64,000 nucleotides of DNA from Camelus ferus. Lineage: Eukaryota. The position numbers and the translations under genes were made by a program. The notes under the pieces are model-generated. The model worked only from the letters and a program-made list of their open reading frames with translations. It searched no databases and was not told the DNA's origin. The stretch covers positions 30,568,001-30,632,000 of the forward strand of contig NC_045696.1 in NCBI RefSeq assembly GCF_009834535.1, in the 5' to 3' direction. This document shows positions 12,961 through 25,571 of this stretch, in pieces (within the stretch, counting starts at the first letter, position 1; the number at the start of each line of letters is the position of its first letter).

Positions 12961-14700
12961 TAATTCTCTTGAATCCAGGCACAGAAATTATACAGGGTAT
13001 GCCTTCATGCATGTAGAATTTAAGGAGTTAATAAACAGGTGGAAAAGTTCTGGTCCCACTTGGTTTGTTCACTTTGAAGCAGGAAGTCAGTGAACTTCTG
13101 AAGATTACAGGAGCCATCAGGTCCTCCAAGAATGATGGTTAGAAGGTTGACATAGGGTTTGAAGCCAAGTGCTGAGTTTTAGCTCAGTATTTTTTGTATT
13201 AATTGAATAGGAGTTCATATTAGGAACCAGAGGGAAATGTTAGCCATAAGGCAAAGCTACCATGTCATGCATTACCCCAAAACACTGCAAAATTAAATAT
13301 CATTACAAAATTCATTATGTTCTCAAAGGAGGTTTTTATATTCAGAAGATTATTTAGAGTTTACTTAGTTTTCAAAGACTAATATTCAATTTATTAAAGT
13401 TACAAATTCCCAAACTAGTTCTTCCTTAAGCTTTTATGAAAAATATATTTCTAAGTCTAGTAAAATCTTACCACCCATTTTAATGGGGCTTTGAATAGTG
13501 TTTGGCCCCATTTACAAACCTGGTTAATTAAATACCTTCAACAGTTTAAACTACATCCATAAATTTAATATATTCAATTTCTTCTTAAGTATTCCAATTG
13601 TCTAATTAACAAATAAAACCTTACTGAGTACTCAAATAACTCATATAAATTTAATATGGTAAGCTAAAGCATAAGTTCTCTTAAATGTTATAATTCTGAA
13701 TATAATATTAGGAAATCTATATTAATTTCTCAGTTATTAAAATTGGAATTATAAAATTAGTTTGCTAAAATTTCAAAAATTATAAAATAAATCACAGGTG
13801 CCTAAACAGTAAATATACATGATTTATAAACTTAACACAAAAATACTAGTAGTATAAATTTGTTTTAATGCATTTCCGCACTAAATTCTCAATATCCCAG
13901 GAGTTAATAATACTGACTCATAAAAAAAAATTATGATCCTAAAAATGATTGGCCTCCTCAAGCAAAATTTGGAAGTTCCTTAGGTTGTCTATTGCTCAGA
14001 TTCAATCTGTACCATAATTTGTAATTTTGATCAACACAATTTTTCTCTGACCCTAATTTCCTTGCTGAGAATGGTACATTCATCATATTATGGACTGTAA
14101 TACAAAAGCAAATGGGTGGTAATATCCCCATATTTGAGCCATTATTATTTGATTTCCAAATCAAATTAGAGTCTGAAAATCCAACTCTATTGTCTCTAGT
14201 ACCTCACTGGATTTAAATAATCTGTTTACCCTTGATCTTTTTTTTTTTTTTTTTTTCGTTTTACCTATCTATTTAAGTCTTAGGAATGTTAAGATGGTAT
14301 GCAGTTGAATTCTGTGTTTTCCAAATCTTTGTCTAGCTTAGGGTTATAACTCCTGAGCTCAATGTCCTGGTGGTAGGAGGTGCGGAACTATTCAGAAACT
14401 ACATGCACACTGATAATCTATAATTTGGGCAACACCTTGAAATCCAAAGCCTCTTTGATAACTGGGGATGCTACTGCATCTCCAGGCTTTCCGTGGTACT
14501 GCCACTACTTCAGATGACTGAAGCTCTAGGCTGAAGATTTCCAAATGTCCAGTACCTGTTCCTGCCCTGGCCAGAAAGGAAACTGAAAATACCCTTTACT
14601 CAGAGGTGTATTACTTAAATGTTCAAATTATCTAGGGCTTGATTTTTAGAAAGTAGTGCTACCAAAAAAGCAAAGTTTTGAGATAAACATTTCTGGTCAG

Positions 14701-14766
14701 GAGAGAGTAGTGACTAAGGCTCTGGAATCAGGTTGCCTAGGTTCAAGTCCTGACACTGACAGTTAT
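14701..14766 (+). mobile_element. MIR fragment
   Basis: ggctctggaatcaggttgcctaggttcaagtcctgacactg matches the MIR 5' (tRNA-derived B-box) region. Confidence 0.65.
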
Positions 14767-14783
14767 ATTTATAGTAATAGTTA

Positions 14784-15424
14784 TGTCTCTTAGACCACAC
14801 CAGGTAGGTTTTGGAGGAGAATCCAGTGCTCTACTATAAACTGGAGTAACCCTCTTTCTTTTTCTACTCCCCTGCCCATCCATCCCCTGGACTAGTTCCT
14901 CCATTTTATGCCTGACCTGTATAACTCAGCCTGAAGGGATAATCATTCATATGCTGCTTCCAGACCTTAACTGAATGTTGCAGAGTAAGTGGAGCTGAAA
15001 CTCGCACTATCTGTACCCACCTTTCCATTCCAGCTATTTCTTACCAGACTTCTTTACTTTATAAACAACCAGTCACACTTTCCTTAATAATTCAGTAGAA
15101 GTGCATACGAGGGTAAGGGCACAGTATCTCCACTAAGAAAGGGTAGTTCCAGGCTTCTGATGAAAGAAACTTCTTTAACTTTTTACTGTACCAATATCTC
15201 CAGGACTGTCTCCTGGTAAGTGAGCTCTATTATGATTGCTCATTTTGGATCTAATTCTATTCCTCTGTGCTTTTATGCTAAGCTCACATGACATAGTAGA
15301 GCAAGACTGACTTATTTCCGTTCAGGCTTAGTCAATCACCTTGCAGGATGGGATTATACTCTATACATATAACCTAGTTCTTGTGTTCTGTGTAATCTCG
15401 AGGGCATTTACCATAAATGTCACA
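14784..15424 (+). mobile_element. Probable solo ERVL-class LTR
   Basis: TG...CA bounded block of about 640 bp; the end gttcttgtgttctgtgtaatctcgagggcatttaccataaatgtcaca resembles old ERVL LTR 3' ends. No TSD seen. Confidence 0.45.
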
Positions 15425-16989
15425 TCTAACTTGTAGCTGGAAATAAACATAGTTGATAATGAGTGCATAATATAGAACATTTGCTTTATCCATTCAGTGG
15501 ACTTTAGTTTTTAGTGGCTTTGGGAGTTTGTTCTACATATTTTTCTAGTCTAGTGGTTGTCCTAACTTTTTCTTACCCTCTTCCTTCCTTTGAATTTGCT
15601 CCATTTTGCTAGGATCTTGCATGTTTCTGTCATGGCATTCTACATGACCATATCTTGGAACTCTGCTCTAGCTTCCCTTTTGATAGAAAGACAGTTTTCC
15701 AGTTCTTTTAATCCTCTAAGTCATAGGACTTAACTTTTTTAGGTACTTCAGAGTAGGATGTGCTAAGATAACACTTTGTGTTGTAGAAACATACCTTCCT
15801 ATATCCAATTTTATCCCATGCTTGTGACTCACTTCTTCGCAGAAAAGAAAATAAAAGTGAAATGAGTAGATAACTCTGTATCCTAAAATATGTTCTTATT
15901 ATAATTTTATTATTTTTTACTTTCTAATTTCTCTTCTTTTCTGATTATTTCTCAAAGAAACTCAGTAGGAATTTCCAGAGCTTAATAAAATAGATATCTA
16001 TTGATTGCATATCTTTTTCTTCTGTGTGTAAAAAGTTCAAATAGACTATTCTTTAATGAAATGCTAAACTCTTGACCTAATTGCTTTTGATATTTCTAAA
16101 GTAAATGTTGAACTGTCTGAGATTTTTTGAGTTATCAATCTGAATCAGACCTTGTAATATAGCTACCACTGCAGGCTATGTTTGCATCAAGTGAGCTGAG
16201 CTGTCGTATCTACAGCTGAATAAGACTTCAAGAAAATTCATCCAATTATTTTTATTAATGTCTTAGCTATTTCTTTCCTTGCTCAGTGATTCACATATGC
16301 AAAGTGTAAATTGCTCAGGAGTACTTACAAGATTATCTGTCCAAATATCAAAATACATTTTTCCTCTTAGTTAAAATATCCTCAAATAGCTAGATACAAA
16401 CAAACCAAACCAAACCAAAGCAAGACTTTTGTTTTATAGCAACAGTGTTAAGTGAAATATAGTAAATGCCAATAATAGGTATCTGAATTTTTATTGGCCT
16501 TCTTGGATACTGCCATTTGTGAATTGCCACCAAGACAATATATAATTTAATACATTTTTCATAAGATAATTAGTTTCTGGGGTCTGATAATATAATGTTT
16601 TGTGAATAGTTATTTTGCCTCACATGTTTTCCTCCTTTCTACTCTGTTGTAACAGTAAAAAATGCTATTTATGTTTGAGAAAAGAAATGTTTGTTTTCCT
16701 GTGAGATATTAAATTTCTGTCTTTACATTGTTCACAGTGAAAGAAATTTGTGTGGTAACGTGCAAATGTGTTCACAAGTAACTTGTCTTATAAAATCCCA
16801 ACCATTTTTATTCTCATAGTATACATATTTTCCTATTGAATAATAACATGAATTACTTAAATTTTCTTGAAATGTGATCACTGGATTACAAAATGCTTGA
16901 GTACATCACTGGTATCCTGTTCTTTAACATTTCTGGAGGGACAGACATTTGATAAATTGAATAAAATATAAATTTAAATTATTTCCAGC

Positions 16990-19030
16990 ACAAATTTTTA
17001 GAAAAATTGGAAAACAATTTAAAATATAAGAAAATGTCTTAAGTGACACAATAGATCAGTTGGACTTAATAAATATCTATAGGCCATTATATCCCAAAAC
17101 AGCAGAACACAAACTCTTTTTTCAAGTGCACATGAAATGTTCTCAAGGATAGATCACATGCTAGGCCTCAAAACAACCCTCCACAAGTTTAAGAGGCTAG
17201 ATTATATCAATTTTCATTCAGACAATAATAGTAAGAAAGTAGAAATCAACTATAGAAAGAAAAATGAGAAAAGAGCAAGCATGTGGAGAATAAACAATAT
17301 GCTACTAAAAAACCAATGTGTCAATAAATAAATCAAAGAGTAAATCAGAAAATACCTCAAGACAAGTGAAAATGAAAACACAGTACTCCAAAATCTATGG
17401 GCTACAGTAAAAACAGTTCTAAGAGGGAAGTATACAGAGATACAAGCCCTCCTCAAGAATCAAGAAAAATCTCAAGTAAACAACCTAATATACCACCTAA
17501 AAGAATTAGAAAAAGTAGAACAAAGTCCAAAGTCAGCAGAAGAAAGGAAGTAATAAAGATCAGAGAGGAAATAAATAATATAGAGATCAAGAAAAACAAT
17601 AGATCAATGAAACCAAGAGCTGTTTTTTTGAAAAGATAAACAAAATTGATAAACCTTTAGCCATGCTCAAGAAGAAAAGAGAGAGGTTCCAAACTAACAA
17701 CAGAATAAATGAAAGAGAAGAAATAACAACCAATACACAGAAAAAAAAATCGTAAGAGAATACTATGATCAGTTATATGTCCTCAAATTGGAAAATTTGG
17801 AAGAAATGGACAAATTTCTAGAAACATATAACCTGCTAAGACTTGATTATGAAGAACCAGACAACTTGAAAAGATCAAGCACTAGTAATGAAATTAAGTT
17901 TGTAATAATAAAAAAAATTCCAAGCAAAAGTCCAGGACTTGATGCCTTCACAGAGAAATTCTACCAAACATATAAAGAAAAACAAATACCTACCTTTCTC
18001 TAACTATTCCAAAAAAACTGAGAATGATGGCACACTCCCAAATTTATTCTGCAAGGCCATCTTTACCCTGATACAAAAAAACAGACATTACAAAAAAAAA
18101 AAAAAAACTTATAGGCCAATACATTTGATGAACGTAGATGCAAAAATCCTCAACAATACATTAGCAAACCAAATTCAACAATATATACAAAGGGCCATAT
18201 ACCATGGTCAAGTTGGATTTATTTCAGGGTCATAAGTGTGATTGATTTAGCAAATCAAACAATGAGGTATACCACATTAACAAAGGGAGGGATAAAAATC
18301 ACACTATCATCTCAATACATATAGAAAAAGCATTTGACAATATTCAACATCCATTCACAATAAAAATTCTCAACAAAGTGTGTATAGAGGGAACATGTCT
18401 CAACATAATAAAGGCCAGTTAAGACAAACCCACAGCTAACATCATACTCAAAAGTGAAAAACTGAAATTCTTTCCTCTAAAATCAGGAACAAGACAGGGA
18501 TGCCCACTCTTGCCACTTCTATTTAATATAGTATTGGAAGTCCTAGCCACAGCAATCAGATGATAATGAAATAAAAGGCATCCAAATTGGAAGGCAAGAA
18601 TTAAAACTATCACTATTTGCAGATGTCTTGACACTTTATATAGAAAACCCTAAAGTCTCCACCCAAAAACTACTAGAATAAATGAATTCAACAATGTTGC
18701 AGAATACAAAATTAATATACAGAAATACATTGCTTTTCAATACACTAATAATGAACTATCATAAAAAGTAAGTTAAAAAATCCCATTTAAAAATCACATC
18801 AAAAAGAACAAAATACCTAGGTATAAATCTCTTAATCCCATCAACAGTGGTTACCACTGTTTAAATATTTTTAGTTATGTTAAGATAACTAAATAAGGTT
18901 TTAGTTCTTTTCAGCAAAAATTACATTCGTGCCACAAAAATTTTCATAATGTATATTCAGTGGCTATATAATGGCTCATGTATTATTATTTTTTAAACAT
19001 CCCACTCATTCAGATAGAACATTAGGTTAA
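16990..19030 (-). mobile_element. L1ME 3' end remnant, split by the 17036-18830 insertion
   Basis: Left tagaaaaattggaaaac...aagaaaat and right aatcccatcaacagtggttaccactgtt...gaacattaggtt are consecutive parts of the remembered L1ME3/4 reverse consensus. Confidence 0.55.
17036..18830 (+). mobile_element. LINE-1 internal ORF2 fragment (endonuclease C-terminal part, Z-domain, reverse transcriptase), inactivated
   Basis: ORF-track peptides FSRIDHMLG, ENLEEMDKFLETYNL, SPGLDAFTEKFYQ and YRPIHLMNVDAKILN are L1 ORF2p; ctatttgcagatg encodes the LFAD motif; ends at KYLGINL. Many stops and frameshifts. Confidence 0.97.
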
Positions 19031-19762
19031 AAAAAGGAAGTGATAGCCAGATCATGAAGAGCTTGAATTTTAAAATGTCCTCAGTTTAAGACATTTGTTT
19101 CAAATTATGGTCCATGTGTACCTATAGATCTACAAATATATTCTTGTTTATCTTGAGTTATCTATAAAATTATTGTACCCTTAAAATATACTAGTAAGTC
19201 TGGATAATCTAGGAATGACCACTTTTTAACCAAACAGAAAGAGTTTGGGTGCTATGTTTATATCATCATTTAAAGTCATGTTGGTTTTTGATGGTATTTT
19301 TTTGACAAGTTACTAAGGAAATAGTCAAGACTGTTTCCTCAAAATAAATACCTAAGGAAGAAATTACATAATTGTGCCCTTTAATATCAAAGGAATAAGG
19401 TATATCTTAGTTCATTGCAAGTGTTCCAAGCATCCCCTTTGTTAATATTTAGATTTCAGGAACTAATTTTCTGTATATTTCATTAATTGCCAAACAGATT
19501 TTTTTTCTGTAATTGTCCTATTGCTTTTCTAAAATTAAACAACTACACTGCATTCGGAGAAGTTTACTGTCAGTATTTTGGAAATGTAAACAAAATCTAG
19601 AATGTTTTCCCTTCAAGTTAGTCACCCCATCAGTTCTTTTCTCTATAGTCTATTTTTTTTTTCCTATATGTGGGGGATGAGGGAAGGAAAAGAGTTAACA
19701 TAAAAAATAAAATATACCTCATCAGGGGAATTTTTCCAGGGCACGTGGTATAGATCAAGATC

Positions 19763-20213
19763 TGTATTATTTTGAATCCTTCAAGAAACAGACACCAAGA
19801 CAGGGTTAGGTGTGCAAGGTATGTATCAGAGACAATATGGTGGGCGCCAGGAGAGGCTATGAGAGCCACTAGACTATGATACATGTCTGACTTTGTATGA
19901 AGGAGAATAGGAAGGAAGGAAGGGAGGGAGGAAGGAAGGGGACCCAATATCCTAGCCTGCAGTGTAGGCCTAAGAAAACTCAGCAAATTAGAGAGTCCTC
20001 CAAAGCTACCCATCAGTGAAGCCATGGGTTTCCTAGGACTGAGTCTACGTGAACATCTCTTCTATGCTAAATCATTGGCTAAAAGTAGGCCACAGGAAGC
20101 ATGGCTTCTATGTGAACATGATGAGGGTTATCAAAGTGCATTTCCTGAAGCCATCACTCAGTTGCACAGTCTGAAGTTAGAAGTCTGAGGTGTGCATTCT
20201 TATGACTTCTACA
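19763..20213 (-). mobile_element. LTR16-family (ERVL) solo LTR
   Basis: tgtattattttgaatccttcaagaaacagacaccaagacaggg...tcattggct...ttctaca; TG..CA termini and colinear match to the remembered LTR16A/C consensus. Confidence 0.75.
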
Positions 20214-20869
20214 AGATATTTTGAGGAAAGAGCGGTCTAAGCACTGCAAACTTAGCATGTGAAGAGGGCCAGGGGCACCTGTGGAAAGATAACCAATAGG
20301 CTCAGGAAAGGGATAGTGGGGCTTGGGTGGCAGCATTACAGAAGAGTGTCTAAATGTTTTATCTCCTTTTCTTCTCTTATCTATATGCTTACTTCAGTAT
20401 AACAGCTTTCTCTGCAGATCTTGAGGTGTCAGCAGTAATAGGCATAAGTTACCATTTCAGACTCTGCCTTACAGAAACACAGGGAGAAGAGTGGCTATCG
20501 CCCCAGTGTAGCTCCAGGGAGGCCCTCACAGACTCCCCCTTGCACTGTGTCTTTCAGCGGGGCAACTAAAAACTCATTGTACTGGTTTTTATGTAGTATG
20601 TACATTCTTCTTATTTTCTCAGTAAATTTTAATGATAAATTCTTCTAGATCATAACCATTTTCCCCTCTTTTCATTTCTGGAAGACTATTATTGGGTGAA
20701 AATTCTCCTAATGTCTGCTTAATCAAAGTAAATGAAGATTTTAAAAGATTCTTGGCATAAAAATTTACACTCGGAGAACTAGTAACTGATAGTGTGATTC
20801 CTCCCACATAAAACTTAAAAAAAAAAAAAACTAGAAAAGAGTCAAAATTAAAATAAAGTTAGAGGAGAG

Positions 20870-23022
20870 TTTATTCTTTAAAATACTGCAACTAGAAGTG
20901 GGAATTGTAAGTCTAGGGCTTTCTGGCCTGAGTGCTCTACCCAAACCCCAAGGCTTTAAAAAAAAAAAATAAGCAGAGAAAACTTCATTTTTATCAACTG
21001 AAGATTCCAGTATACAGAGTTTAGTGTTAAAAGAGTAACTGAGAATTTGGAAGATAAAATGTGGCAGCTAGAGAATGGCAGTAAGAGTAAGAACCAAAAT
21101 TGATATATGCCTTTGCCCATATTCCTGGCTGTCATCTAAACTTCAGCATCATGGGAAAGACAGCAGGAGGGAAAGTAAACATTTGGCCAAAAGATAATGA
21201 AGATTCCACTTTTTAAAGACAGACTTGCATGGAGTGAAATCTGAGATTTTGCTATTTTGTCTTTTTTTTTTTTAACCTGAGTGCAATTCCCAATTTTGCA
21301 CCATCCATGCAACTGGTTGTAGTAGACTTCACTAGTTTGAGATGTCAGAGGACAGATTTTGAGGTGGGTCAAACAACTGAGAATCAAGGATAAATCCCCT
21401 AAAGGCAAGAAAACCACTGAGAGCATAAAACAGAACTGAGAGCCACAGCAACAAACGATCTGTAATGTCCAGTTTTTAACCAAAAATAGCTACATTGAAG
21501 AAAAGCGTCATTCATAACAAGTTAAAAAGACAACCAATAAAAACTGAGTAGACCCAGAATGAATTCATTTTAAGACAAAAATTTATGGCAACTATTATAT
21601 AAATATGTTCAAATAATTATAGACATGTGTGAAATTAATGGAAACTGACCTTAATGTGTGACTAGATGGGAAATCTCAACAGAGAAATGGAAACTATGCA
21701 GAAATAAATCAAGTGCTAAAAAGTAATAGTAACCATGAAGGGAAAAATAACAAGATTGGCTTAATATTAGATTTGGGTTAATAAAGAGTCAGCAAACTTA
21801 AAAATAGATCAAGAAAAAGTATACAATCTAAAGAATAGAGAGAAAAATGGTTAAAGAAAAAGATGGCAGAACATTAGAGACATGTGAGGAAATATGTATC
21901 CAATGTGTATAACTGGAGTCCCAAAAAGGGAGGAAAGGGAAAAAGTATAAAAAAGTATTTGAATAAACAATGGCCAAAATTTTTGTAAATTTGTCAGAGT
22001 ACATGATTTACAAATTCAAGAAGCTCAATAAATCACAAGCAGGATAAAACACAAAAATATAATATCTAACCCATGATAACAAATCTACTAAAAGCCTAAG
22101 ACAAAGAGAAAGTTTTGTAAACAGTTATGGAAAAATACATAATACATTTTTCTATGTAAATTGGGGAACAGTATTACAATTAATGACTGAGTTTACATCA
22201 GAAATTAGTGAGGCCAGAAAACATAAAAATGACATATTCAATGTGCTGAAAATAACAATAGGTAATAATGGTAATAATAATTACTGCCAACCAGAATTTC
22301 TATATCTGGTAAAATTATCTATTAAAATAAGAGCAAAAGGATGCTGGTTTTATGTAAACAAAATTTGGAGAATTTGCTGCCAGTAGTCCTGCCCTGTCCT
22401 ACAAGAAAAGCCAGTTTTCTCTGGCTGAAGGGATATGACATAGAGTACCAATGGCAAAACACAGAAAGACGTAAAAAGGTTTGGAAGTAGTAGATTTATT
22501 GGTTAATAAATTAAAAAAGACACAATTGTAAACACAAAAACAATTTGACTTATAATGATATAAGAAGCAATAAATTTGAAAAAAAATGGAGGTGCATTTC
22601 CTCCATATTAAAAAATACAAAATACTATTAAGAGAAAATAATTTTGTAAATGAAGAAATGCTTCTTGTAATGAAATGGGAGACTCAGTGTTAACATGTCA
22701 GTTTTCCACAAGTAGATATGTAGATTCAAAAATCCAATAAAAATTCTAGCATTGAATTCAAATGCAGTCATCCTAGGAAAAACAATTCAAAGAGGAGCAA
22801 AATTGGAGAAAATCATACAATTCAATTTGAAATTTTACTCTAAATTTAAAGTAATCAAGATAGTGTATCATTAACAAGAGTATACCCATACAAATCAAGA
22901 GAACAGAATTCATGGTATAGGACTAAGACCCATGACTAGGTAGTCAACCGGTTTTCAATAAATTTTCCAAACAACCAATGAGGAAGGGAGAATCATTACA
23001 ACAAATGATACTGGAAAAACTT
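20870..23022 (+). mobile_element. Ancient L1 (L1ME/L1M4-like): 5' region, ORF1 and a distal ORF2 piece
   Basis: ORF1-like peptide DIFNVLK...CQPEFLYLVKLS (22183-22386); ggagtcccaaaaaggg...aatggccaaaatttt; then ORF2 up to aacaaatgatactggaaaaact. Confidence 0.8.
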
Positions 23023-23029
23023 TATAGTT

Positions 23030-24120
23030 GCCACATTTTTACAAAGTAGCTGTAGCATTTTACATTCCCAACAGCAATGAATGAAATAATCCAGTTTCTC
23101 CACGTTCTTTTCAGTAGTTGGTATTGTCACTATTTTTTATTTTAGCCATTCTGTTAAGTGTGCAATGATATTTCATTGTGGTTTATATTTGCATTTCCCT
23201 AACAGCAAATGTTACTGAATATCTTTTCATGTGCTTATTTGCCATCTATACATCCTCTTCTGTAGAAATCCCTTCTTATCTTTTACTCACTTTCTAATTG
23301 GATTATTAGTTTTGTTTTTACTGTTGAGTTTGATAGTTACTGATCTATTCAAGATACTTGGCCATTGTCAGATATATAGTTTGCAGGTTTTCTCTCTCAA
23401 TAGGTAACTTTATTTTCCTCTTATTTAGAGTTTTTCTCAGAGCAAAGCTTTTTTCTTTAATTTGGGGAAAGTTCAAATTATCACTTTTTTTTTAATTAAT
23501 TATGTTTTTGACTCCACTCTAAGAATTCTTTGCCTAGTCCTTGATGTGGAAGATTTTCTCCTATAATTTTTTCAAAGTTTTTATTTTACATTTTTTTTGA
23601 TTATATGATTGTCTCCATCTGTTTGAGCTGCTGTATCAGAAGTGACATAAATTGGGTGGCATATAAACAACTAAAATTATTTCTCACAGTTCTGGAGTCT
23701 GGTATTCCAAAATCAGTAATCAGCAAGGTCTAATTCTGGTGAACGTCCTCTTCCAGGTTGCAAACTGCTCAATTCTCATTATAGCCTCACATGGCGCAAA
23801 ACAGAGGGCGGCAGGTTTTCTCATGATTCTTATTTGGGCACTAATTGTATTCATGAGAGATGTGCCCTTGTGACCTCATCTAATTCTGACTACCTCTCAA
23901 AGACACCACTTCTTAATACCATTACTTCTGTGGCAGGATTTCAAAACATGAATTTTGGAGGGACATAAGCATTTAATCCATGACAATGATTTATTTTTGT
24001 ATATGGTATCAGATTTAAGTTTCGGTTTACAGTTTTGAAGATGTCCAGTTGCTCCAGCACCATTTGTTAAAAGGGTCCTCTTTCTTCCCTTGAATTAATT
24101 TTGCCTGTGTCAAAAATCAG
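23030..24120 (-). mobile_element. L1MC-like ORF2 3' part, interrupted by MLT1A
   Basis: cattttacattcccaacagcaatg...ttagccattctg...gtccagttgctccagcaccatttgttaaaa (reverse of the FNKWCW region). Confidence 0.88.
23610..23985 (-). mobile_element. MLT1A-type MaLR solo LTR with 5 bp TSD (ATGAT)
   Basis: TG...CA termini flanked by atgat at 23605-23609 and 23986-23990; tatttctcacagttctggag and atgaattttggagggaca are MLT1 hallmarks. Confidence 0.92.
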
Positions 24121-25097
24121 ATGTAAGTGTAAAGTAATGTCAGCAAGATGGTGGGACAGGAAGACTCAGACCTCATTTCCCCAAAGAGACACTGACTTAA
24201 CACTATATGATCAAAAAAGCTGTTGCAAGAACTCCAGAAAACTTTTAAGAAGTAACAGTGCCCCAGTAAAGTTCAAAACCAAGAACATCCACAATTAAGT
24301 GGGTAAGAAAAGCTGTTTCATTTCAACCATGTCAGCCATTCTCCTACACTGGCACAGTTCAGAGCAGTTAGGAGAAAGTATCCAGTTTGTGGCTTCTACC
24401 TTAGGAGACAAAAAGAAGAGTATTAATGTATATCAAATATTCCAGCTTTTCAGGGAGCTCCCAGAAGGACTGGTATCTTCTATCTTGCATGACTCATAGC
24501 ACTGATAGGGAATCAGCATACTTTGGATGCCTTGGGGCTGCTGAGAACAAAAGAGGACCTCAACGGCTTAGTGCGGCCAGAGACCTTGCTTATTAGAGCT
24601 AGAGATGACAAGCACATAAGACAAACAAACAAAAAAACTGGCAAATTTCTTTAGTTGGGAAGTTAGATACATAAGCCAAGAAAAGCTCCATCTGAATAAA
24701 AGGTTTGAGAAGCTGCCAGAATCTCTAGCTGACATGGATGGTGAAGTTGTTTCTCTGTATGAAGACAGCCAGTAAAACCTGGGAGACATAACTGTTTTTG
24801 TTTGTTTGTTTGGTTTCAAATGCACAAATCACCACAAATAAAGCAAGGCATAGAAAGAAACACGAAATCATGGCACAATAAAAAAAAAAATACAGTAAAT
24901 CTGTAGAAACTAGCTCTAAAGAAATAAACATATATGCATTATATGATAAAGAATTCAAAACAATTGTGTTAAAGAGTCTCAATGTGCCACAAGAGAATGC
25001 AGATACACGATTAAGTGAAATCTGGAAACTTAGGCATGAACAAAATGAGAACATCAACAAAGAGATAGAAACTATAAAAAGAGCCGAAGACAGATTG

Positions 25098-25134
25098 TGG
25101 AAAGCAGCTATGCTCACCACTATACCACCAACGC
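25098..25134 (-). pseudogene. Tailless retrocopy of the 5' half of tRNA-Gly(TCC)
   Basis: Minus strand gcgttggtggtatagtggtgagcatagctgctttcca matches nt 1-37 of mammalian tRNA-Gly-TCC as I recall it (GCGTTGGTGGTATAGTGGTGAGCATAGCTGCCTTCCA) at 36/37; it ends in the anticodon loop. Confidence 0.9.
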
Positions 25135-25523
25135 CCCACCAAAGAGAAATTCTGGATCTGCAAATTACTGTAACTGAATTGAAAAATTCATTAGAGGGAT
25201 TCAACAATTGAAATAAAAAGAGAAAAAAATCAATGAACTCAAAGGTAAGTTATTTGAAATTAGAATCAGAGGAAAAAAAAAAAAGAATGAAGAAAAGTGA
25301 AGATAGCCTGAGGGTATTGTAGGACCTCATCATGTGTACCAAATAACTATTATGGAAATCCAAGGAGAAGGGAGAGAAAAAGGGGCAGAGAGAATACTGA
25401 AAGAAATACTGGCCAAAAACAATCTAAATCTCAGAAAGGAAATAGACTCACAAATTCAAGAACCTTAGAGGATTCCAATCAGTATAAACACAAAGTGGCC
25501 CACATAGAGACGCATTGTGACCA

Positions 25524-25571
25524 AGGTTGAATCAGTAGGAGGTTGAATCAGTAGGAAATTGAATCAGTAAT
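25524..25571. repeat. Three tandem 16-mers (aggttgaatcagtagg x2, aaattgaatcagtaat) at an L1 deletion junction
   Basis: Directly visible. Confidence 0.9.

Noticed and set aside
19630..20025. 131 aa ORF
   Set aside because: Mostly overlaps the LTR16 element and a (GGAA)n tract.
22600..24120. Twin-priming L1 inversion
   Set aside because: The pieces are tail-to-tail, overlap in consensus position and appear to differ in age, so they are better explained as two elements.
25098..25134. Functional tRNA gene
   Set aside because: Only the 5' half is present; there is no T-arm/B-box or 3' acceptor strand.
24725..25207. Longest ORF (160 aa, minus strand, hydrophobic)
   Set aside because: Antisense to A-rich L1 ORF1; the WWGVGGIVVSIAAF segment is the tRNA insert read in frame.
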